A stretch of 14,538 bases of DNA from Candidatus Thorarchaeota archaeon. Its GTDB lineage: Archaea > Asgardarchaeota > Thorarchaeia > Thorarchaeales > Thorarchaeaceae. Both the position numbers and the translations under genes were made by a program. The DNA is taken from positions 1 to 14,538 of the forward strand of contig JBHIAE010000065.1 in assembly GCA_046758445.1 (NCBI GenBank), written 5' to 3'. How positions within the stretch are numbered: the stretch's first letter is position 1; each line of letters begins with the position of its first letter. The notes beneath the pieces are model-generated. The model was not told the origin of the DNA. It did not search any database and was given only the letters and a program-made list of their open reading frames with translations. Positions 8,612 to 14,538 of this stretch are shown here, in pieces.

Positions 8612-9136
8612 CTACTTACTTAGATGTCTAGCCATTCTCAGAATGGCAAGTGTGGAGGGATCGTACTGTCCTTTATCTTGGGGTTCTTCAAGATATTTGA
8701 ACAAATCCTCAAGTATGTCCTCAAACCAGACTAGTTCAATCCCGGCTGATGTCAGAGCTTCAATCCGCTCTGCAAATGCAGTCTTGCCGAAATGCTTTCG
8801 CGGGGTAACTAGCACCTTTCTCACAGCGGGGGCACTGACAACTCCGAAAGATTCTTTGATGATAGTACGAATTTCCTTCTCACGATGCTTGTTTTTCAGT
8901 TGTTCAACCAAGGCGGGTATCTTCTCTGATTCTGTGGCACCTATCCAGTCTGTAGTACGCCACTTAATCTCATAGTCGGCGAATTTCTCTCCTCCATCAG
9001 TTGCCAGAATGTCTATCTCGCGTGTCATCCTCTTGTTCTCTTTGCTCATGTACGGGTAGGGTATGTTCATCATCACAAACTGTTTTCTACAAAACTGAAG
9101 CCAGACCCTCACGACATCCTCTGCAGCGTTTGTCAT
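8612..9136 (-). CDS. PD-(D/E)XK superfamily (restriction endonuclease-like) nuclease
   Basis: AEDVV...REIDILA...DYEIKW catalytic pattern; start moved to ATG 9136 after a GGTGA RBS. Confidence 0.8.
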   Translation of the reverse strand: MTNAAEDVVRVWLQFCRKQFVMMNIPYPYMSKENKRMTREIDILATDGGEKFADYEIKWRTTDWIGATESEKIPALVEQLKNKHREKEIRTIIKESFGVVSAPAVRKVLVTPRKHFGKTAFAERIEALTSAGIELVWFEDILEDLFKYLEEPQDKGQYDPSTLAILRMARHLSK

Positions 9137-9374
9137 CGCATCACCATTAAGTATGGCATTGAAGTTGCACAATATTCTTTCGGAGAACGACTATGGCTCA
9201 GATACCCGAATTTCTTGATCATAGAAAGCTGTTAGAAGCCTCACTTCTTTCAGCCTCGTATCAGACTCATGTCGTCCTCTCCCTAATAGCGACACAATGC
9301 CAGAGCCTTGGTGGAGGTTTTATAGATTCGACGCTACGTTCTTATGTGCAGGCTTTGATTGTGTCGTGGTCGAT

Positions 9375-10652
9375 ATGGAACAGAGTCGAGTGACTGACTT
9401 CGACATCCGCGAAGAAGACGCAGAGGAAGATTGGACCTATGCTGGAGCAGATACCAGATACATGACACATGGTCTACATACCTATCCCGCCCGCATGATT
9501 CCACAGATAGCAAGAAGGCTAGTTCTAAATTACTCACAGGGGGGTGAGCTCGTCTGGGATCCATTTTGTGGCTCTGGTTCTGTGCTTGTGGAGTCGATGC
9601 TTCTAGGAAGAAGATGTATTGGAACCGACCTTAATCCCTACGCAGTCTTCCTTTCCAAGGTGAAAACTAGGCCTATTGAACAAACACTTCTCCGAGAAAC
9701 CACCGAGTCAATCATTCATAGGGTAAAATCACTTCAACAATCAAAGAGAAAGAAGGTGGATATCCCGGACATTCCCAATATCGATTACTGGTTCAAACCG
9801 TATGTCCAACGAAAACTGGCAATAATCAGAGAGGAGATCAACTCTCTTGAGGATTCGACTACAAAGGACTTCCTAAGACTGTGTTTCGCATTGACGGTAC
9901 GGGAAGTTTCAAACCTGAAGAAGCGGGAGTTCAAGATTGTTCGAATGAGAAAACCCAAGCTTGAGGAGTTTCGTCCTGACGTGTTTCAGTCTTTTGTGAA
10001 TCAGGTGCGAAGATGCGTTCCTCTTATGAAATCATTCACTACCGGCCTACCGGAGAACGTGGAGATGGCCGAAGTACTGGAAGTTGATAACAGAGCAGCC
10101 CCTATCAATCCGAAGTCGGTGGACTTGGTCGTCACATCCCCTCCCTATGGAGACCATGGCACGACTGTGGCATATGGGCAGTTCTCAAGGTATCCTGCAC
10201 TCTGGATTGACCTGGACTCTGATGATGTTAGGACCGTAGATCGTCGTGGACTTGGGGGAAGGAACACTCGCGAATATTCTTCATCTGAACTTCCTAGTGA
10301 AACCCTAGTCAAGACTTATGAGAAGGTTCACAAGAACAGTCCGAAGAGGGCACGTCAACTGTACAACTTCATGTATGAGTTGAATGAGTCATTTCAATCC
10401 ATACATGAGAAACTAAGGCATGATGCAAGAGCCTGCATAGTTGTTGGGAATCGTCTTATGAGCCGTGTAAGGATACCCACCAATGCAATCATCGTTGAGC
10501 TCGGTTCACAAATGGGATTGGAGCATGAGTGTACGATTCCACGGAGTATTCCCATAAAACGTATGCCGTGGCAAAACGCGCCCGAGAATGTGGAAGGCAG
10601 CAAGGCAGATACCATGCACACTGAGAACATAATCATCCTCAGAAGAGGCTAG
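9375..10652 (+). CDS. N4-cytosine DNA methyltransferase, M.MvaI-like (alpha motif order)
   Basis: THGLHTYPARMIPQIA, motif I DPFCGSG before motif IV VVTSPPY; start probably ATG 9375 (ORF open from 9297). Confidence 0.93.
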   Translation: MEQSRVTDFDIREEDAEEDWTYAGADTRYMTHGLHTYPARMIPQIARRLVLNYSQGGELVWDPFCGSGSVLVESMLLGRRCIGTDLNPYAVFLSKVKTRPIEQTLLRETTESIIHRVKSLQQSKRKKVDIPDIPNIDYWFKPYVQRKLAIIREEINSLEDSTTKDFLRLCFALTVREVSNLKKREFKIVRMRKPKLEEFRPDVFQSFVNQVRRCVPLMKSFTTGLPENVEMAEVLEVDNRAAPINPKSVDLVVTSPPYGDHGTTVAYGQFSRYPALWIDLDSDDVRTVDRRGLGGRNTREYSSSELPSETLVKTYEKVHKNSPKRARQLYNFMYELNESFQSIHEKLRHDARACIVVGNRLMSRVRIPTNAIIVELGSQMGLEHECTIPRSIPIKRMPWQNAPENVEGSKADTMHTENIIILRRG

Positions 10653-11365
10653 ACCAATCTCTCTGTATGCGCATAGAGTTGAGGTATGTCTGTTTCGAAC
10701 ATCCGATAACCCGGGCCGTGGTCTCTAACTCTACCGTCCGGCTTGATATGCATTCGCCAGTCAAACACGATCTTGCCCCTCCTGAGAAGGTTCAACAATC
10801 GTCCCGCGTCTGCCCTTGCAAGAAGATACGCCTCATTGTAGTGAAAGAACTCAATCTTTCCATCCACTTTCCGTTCAGCAAGCACCAATACGAGGTTCTC
10901 AACCTTCCTAGTCAATACATCCTGTAAGGACGCTAACTCCTCATAGGCGACTATCTCCCCGTTATGTACGAATTCTATTCTTCCCCGTTGATCATAAATG
11001 AGAATCCGCCAGCCCAAACTGTTGGTTTCTGTGGCTGAAACGGTGCAATATAGGGACTGACGGCCTTTCTTAGAATCCCAATAACCATGCTCAGTAACAA
11101 GAGTCCTTGGATCTATCCCCTCTACACGTTTCGGAACCTTTGAGAAAAGCGTAACAAGGTTTCTTTGGCTCTTTCTTGTGGCCTTAATCTCGAAGACACC
11201 CCAGTCTGGAATGGCAATATTGTTCTCAGCATATCCGAGTAGTGCCTCCAAAGTATGCCCGACTCCGGTTGGCCCCTTTCGTGCCGTTCTTACCCAGCCC
11301 AAGTTCTTGATAGTCTGAATCTTCCTCGTTAGTTCCTCCACTGTCATTTCAGGTGCGCTAGTCAT
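10649..11365 (-). CDS. MvaI/BcnI family type II restriction endonuclease
   Basis: GPTGVGHTLEALLGYAENNIAIPDWGVFEIKATRK...LVTLFSKVP...RDHGPGYR is the characteristic MvaI/BcnI pattern; adjacent to an m4C MTase. Confidence 0.92.
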   Translation of the reverse strand: MTSAPEMTVEELTRKIQTIKNLGWVRTARKGPTGVGHTLEALLGYAENNIAIPDWGVFEIKATRKSQRNLVTLFSKVPKRVEGIDPRTLVTEHGYWDSKKGRQSLYCTVSATETNSLGWRILIYDQRGRIEFVHNGEIVAYEELASLQDVLTRKVENLVLVLAERKVDGKIEFFHYNEAYLLARADAGRLLNLLRRGKIVFDWRMHIKPDGRVRDHGPGYRMFETDIPQLYAHTERLV

Positions 11366-11653
11366 TGCGCCTACCCATCCCCGGTAAACAGTCGGGACAG
11401 TTGCAGATATAGCTTCCTGGAGGTCATGCTCCGAGAGTTTCGTGCGTACACGTGCATCAAGACCTTTCTCCTAGACGCTGAGAAATCTACCTCAACAGAG
11501 GCTGCTCATTTAAATGCACTACTGAATATGTTTCACTTGAATTCAGGTGGGACTGTGGAATTAGCAAGGATTTGCCAATATGCACTTGCTGTACCAAACA
11601 ACGGAGATGCGAGATATCTCACGATTGGTCAGGACAAGGTGGAGTGTAGCGGG

Positions 11654-12154
11654 ATGTCATCAGAAGATAATGACAAGAAAGTACTGGAACCGGTGATGAT
11701 TGACAATCGGACAAAGTCTGTCGTGTTTATTTCGGGAGTGTTGGTAGCGATATCCTTGGTTTTGACCGACTTCTTGGTAATCAACTTCGGCTCGAATCAA
11801 ATCGTTGTTCTTGGTGTGAGTCTTCCGATAAATGTTATAGTTTCATCGCTGTTCGTACTAAGTCTTGTCGCAGGCATTCTAATAGCAAGGGCATATCGTG
11901 AGAACAGTGCGCTCACTGTCATTGTCTATGGGGGGTTCTGGTTCACTGCCGTGCTTTTTGCGTATCACACTGCATCTCCCTATGGATATCCCTTGATTGT
12001 TCTGTTTCCGTGTGCTCTCGCCATAGGAGGGCTGGGCCTTGGGCTATACAGAGTTCTTCAAGGTGACAGAGGAATTGACGATTTGTTGATGTGGGTTCTT
12101 TTGGCCAGCACTGCCATAAACCTCCTCTACTTCTTGGTTGGGGGGATTCCATGA
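11654..12154 (+). CDS. Hypothetical multi-pass membrane protein
   Basis: ORF 11426..12154; start probably ATG 11654 (MSSEDNDKK, after GGTGGAG); about five TM helices. Confidence 0.75.
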   Translation: MSSEDNDKKVLEPVMIDNRTKSVVFISGVLVAISLVLTDFLVINFGSNQIVVLGVSLPINVIVSSLFVLSLVAGILIARAYRENSALTVIVYGGFWFTAVLFAYHTASPYGYPLIVLFPCALAIGGLGLGLYRVLQGDRGIDDLLMWVLLASTAINLLYFLVGGIP

Positions 12155-12642
12155 ACAGTAACCATTCAAGTTTCTACAAGGGCATATTGACGCTCATTAC
12201 TATAGTAGGTGCACTCGTGTCAGGCTACCTTGTCTTGCCAAACATTGGATTGGATACACTTCTGGTTTTCAGTGTCAAGGCCTTTCTGATTGGTGCGACC
12301 ATTGGCGTCGCAGCAATGAAGAAACGTAGGGTGGTAATTGAGAAGTACAGATTGGGAATTCGTACCTACAAGAAATATGCTGAACTGGAAGACCCGTCTG
12401 GTTTCTGGTTCATTCTCGGGTTTGGGTTAGTTGCTGTTACGATTTCGATTCTCCTAGTTACAGAATCCTTTGCGTTCACAACTCTGTTTGTCTTTGCATC
12501 GGGTTTCATGTTTGTTTACTCCGACGCAGCCGATGAGTTGGTAGGAGCGCATGCATTTGTAAGATCACTTGCATATCTGCTTATACTCATCACATGCTTC
12601 GTGATTGTAGCGAATCTGATAGCGTGGCTACCACCAATGTAG
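12151..12642 (+). CDS. Hypothetical multi-pass membrane protein, translationally coupled to upstream gene
   Basis: ATGA start/stop overlap at 12151-12154; about five TM helices. Confidence 0.78.
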   Translation: MNSNHSSFYKGILTLITIVGALVSGYLVLPNIGLDTLLVFSVKAFLIGATIGVAAMKKRRVVIEKYRLGIRTYKKYAELEDPSGFWFILGFGLVAVTISILLVTESFAFTTLFVFASGFMFVYSDAADELVGAHAFVRSLAYLLILITCFVIVANLIAWLPPM

Positions 12643-12784
12643 GAGAGCCTCATGCCCCCTGCCTAGCTTCTCTGGGTTTCTGATTTCTGATGCCCGCTCC
12701 AAATGAATCCAGCACCGAACAAATCCGTCCTCATAGTTGTCCTTCTCTTGTGAAGTTGTTGAATCTGTCCGGACCTCATTCATA

Positions 12785-12889
12785 CGAGTTCTATGAAAAC
12801 CCTTAGAACTCCGCTCTGTGCAACCCCGTTCAGCAATAGCGGACAGGGAGTCTGGCATCTACTCATTAGCTGGCCACGGTGGTCAATGT
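12785..12889 (+). repeat. 28-bp dif-like site (12785-12812) plus conserved downstream arm
   Basis: CGAGTTCTATG-AAAACC-CTTAGAACTCC; arms are 9/11 inverted-complementary (perfect GAGTTCTA/TAGAACTC); downstream arm shared with 6369-6442 and 1223-1266. Confidence 0.9.
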
Positions 12890-13174
12890 AAGGGTGTAAT
12901 TCCGTCCAGAATGTCCTCATTTACGAGAATGAAGGCAGATGTATGGACTGGCTGGATAAGGAAAGCGCGGTCTTACACTAAAACGAATAGTCGATAGTCT
13001 GGCAGAGCGAGCTAGGAGGACGGGATTCAGAATCAGGGCCCAGAACCTGCTTTGCTGTTTTGTCTTAGGTTGCCCAAGAACAGCTGGAACGCATCACAGG
13101 TTCAGCATTTCTCATCAAATGCACACAAGATTTATGCCAGCATGATATGTCCAAGAATCGGATCGTGGTTAGGA

Positions 13175-14203
13175 ATGTCGAAAACAGATTACTTCAAGCT
13201 TGATTTCTGGAAAGAAGTTAGGACAAGAGAACCATATCGCCGATATCGCATAGTCGATTTCCTTGGTATTGGGGGCACTGCTGCGAGCTTCCTAGCAGTC
13301 TGCATATCACCGAAGGAATACATCGGTCGATTAGTCGCGATTCAGTTCTTCAGAAAGTATTCAGTACCTGAAAGGCTGAACAAATTCTTAGAAGCGTTCA
13401 GTTTCCTAAGTGATTGTACGCACCCGTCCATTGTGAACGTGTATGGCCTTCACACCTACTATGAACGTCCAATGATAGTCACTGAGTATCTTCCTCTGAC
13501 TCTGCATGATGTAATTCGGAAAAAGAAATCTTCCATTGTTGAGAAGACTAGCTTTGCAATGCAATTGCTTTCGGCCTTGGTGTTCTTAGAGCAACAGAAA
13601 GTAGTGCACAGGGACATCAAGCCATCCAACATATTTGTCAAGGGGAAGAGCTGCATGCTAGGGGATTTTGGGATGATGAAGAGGATTGAAACGACATCGG
13701 ATGATGAAGACATCATAGAAGCGATGGCTGTTGCTGACACGTACCTCGATGGAACTGAAGTCTATCAGATACCGCTTACTGAATATGGCATGATTGACGC
13801 CAAGGAGGTTGAGAACAGCGGCATAACCGTGACCGGACATTATTGGAGTCCTGACAAGGTGCTCGATTATGCGGGAATAGAAGACATAACTCCGGCCTCG
13901 GATGTGTATCAATTGGGACTGGTGCTTGCTCATCTGTTTACAGGGTGGAATCATCAACCCAAATTGCCAAGAGATGGTCGAGGTGAACCAGATCTTGACA
14001 TGGCTCTACAAGTCGCATTGGGGCCAGAGAGTGTACGTCGAATCCCATCCTATGCTGGACCGGGAATTGCCAATCTTATTTCAAAGATGCTCGAAAAGAA
14101 CCCGTCGGATCGACCTCAAGCGAAAGACTTGATTGTATCATGGATTGGAGTCTTCGAGGAGGTTACAAGGGCCGCTAGGGTTATAGAAGGGCGCGTCTTC
14201 TAG
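13175..14203 (+). CDS. Hanks-type Ser/Thr protein kinase family protein (possible pseudokinase)
   Basis: LGIGGTA Gly-loop, HPSIVNVY, VHRDIKPSNIF, LGDFGM, SDVYQLG, KMLEKNPSDRP; beta3 reads VAIQ instead of VAIK; start probably ATG 13175. Confidence 0.9.
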   Translation: MSKTDYFKLDFWKEVRTREPYRRYRIVDFLGIGGTAASFLAVCISPKEYIGRLVAIQFFRKYSVPERLNKFLEAFSFLSDCTHPSIVNVYGLHTYYERPMIVTEYLPLTLHDVIRKKKSSIVEKTSFAMQLLSALVFLEQQKVVHRDIKPSNIFVKGKSCMLGDFGMMKRIETTSDDEDIIEAMAVADTYLDGTEVYQIPLTEYGMIDAKEVENSGITVTGHYWSPDKVLDYAGIEDITPASDVYQLGLVLAHLFTGWNHQPKLPRDGRGEPDLDMALQVALGPESVRRIPSYAGPGIANLISKMLEKNPSDRPQAKDLIVSWIGVFEEVTRAARVIEGRVF

Positions 14204-14247
14204 CATTGGTGTATGTCTTCTCACAGTCACCATCAGTCTTCCTTAGG

Positions 14248-14267
14248 GGTGAGCAGTAGCGCTCACC
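14248..14267. other. Hairpin downstream of kinase gene
   Basis: GGTGAGC-AGTAGC-GCTCACC, perfect 7-bp stem. Confidence 0.35.
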
Positions 14268-14433
14268 GGAAATCTAGTTCAGTCTGTTTCCTCACTGCTT
14301 GTTTTCGTACCAGTGTAAGCAAAAGTACGAGTGAAATTCTGAACAGGTTGACAAGCGAGATTATTCCGCGTTTCTGAAACACATTCCCGTCACTTTGGCA
14401 CTATGCAACCTCGTTCGCTGATGCACACTCACA

Positions 14434-14461
14434 CGAGTTCTATGAAAACCCTTAAAACCCG
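14434..14461 (+). repeat. 28-bp dif-like site overlapping the tRNA-iMet promoter
   Basis: CGAGTTCTATG-AAAACC-CTTAAAACCCG; arms 8/11 inverted-complementary; first 20 bp identical to the other two copies. Confidence 0.9.
14444..14457 (+). promoter_or_regulatory. BRE + TATA box of tRNA-iMet
   Basis: GAAAACC-CTTAAAA ending 27 nt before the mature tRNA 5' end; typical archaeal spacing. Confidence 0.7.
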
Positions 14462-14483
14462 CATCGTTTCAGCTACAACTTAC

Positions 14484-14538
14484 AGCGGGTTGGGGAAGCC
14501 AGGCCTATCCCGCGGGGCTCATATGAGCGGAAACGCTT
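14484..14538 (+). tRNA. Initiator tRNA-Met(CAT), 5' half plus start of an intron; truncated by window edge
   Basis: A1-starting acceptor strand AGCGGGT, D-stem GGGA/TCCC, anticodon stem CGGGG (G29-G31 initiator hallmark), CT-CAT-A at 14518-14523; the expected 3' stem is replaced by TGAGCGGAAACGCTT. Confidence 0.9.

Noticed and set aside
6341-12889. IS/MITE terminal inverted repeats
   Set aside because: All copies are in direct orientation; no inverted partner, target-site duplication or transposase was found.
203-14132. Shadow ORFs in the track (e.g. 203..427, 866..1060, 1341..1580, 5549..5887, 6359..6565, 8589..8975, 10667..10927, 12628..12858, 13459..13740, 13902..14132)
   Set aside because: They are antisense or out-of-frame overlaps of better-supported genes, or run across the non-coding repeats.
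6341-14461. CRISPR array or classical integron attC sites
   Set aside because: Repeats are kilobases apart, no cas or intI gene is present, and I see no RYYYAAC...GTTRRRY attC layout.

Overview
Archaeal accessory region (GGTGA/GGAGG ribosome-binding sites, BRE-TATA promoters, intron-containing initiator tRNA; gene style suggests an Asgard/Thorarchaeia-like host, which is inference only). It lies directly upstream of tRNA-iMet(CAT), which is cut by the right window edge. The main non-coding signal is three direct-repeat 28-bp sites (6341, 12785, 14434) with an 11-6-11 inverted-arm layout like Xer/dif tyrosine-recombinase sites (CGAGTTCTATG-AAAACC-CTTRRAAHYCS). The last copy overlaps the tRNA-iMet promoter. 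The two upstream copies are followed by a shared ~75-bp arm that partly mimics the tRNA 5' end, and a core-less relic of that arm sits at ~1223. These sites divide the window into integrase-free modules: (i) membrane/surface proteins, including an 846-aa anchored protein with an NPP1/Vps62-like motif; (ii) a 6444-bp defence module (2TM + pYEATS pair, decayed PLD nuclease, PD-(D/E)XK nuclease, MvaI-like type II R-M system, two membrane proteins); (iii) a 1649-bp module with one Hanks-type kinase lacking the catalytic Lys. An XRE regulator-DUF2178-like operon with tandem palindromic operators and several pseudogenes are also present.
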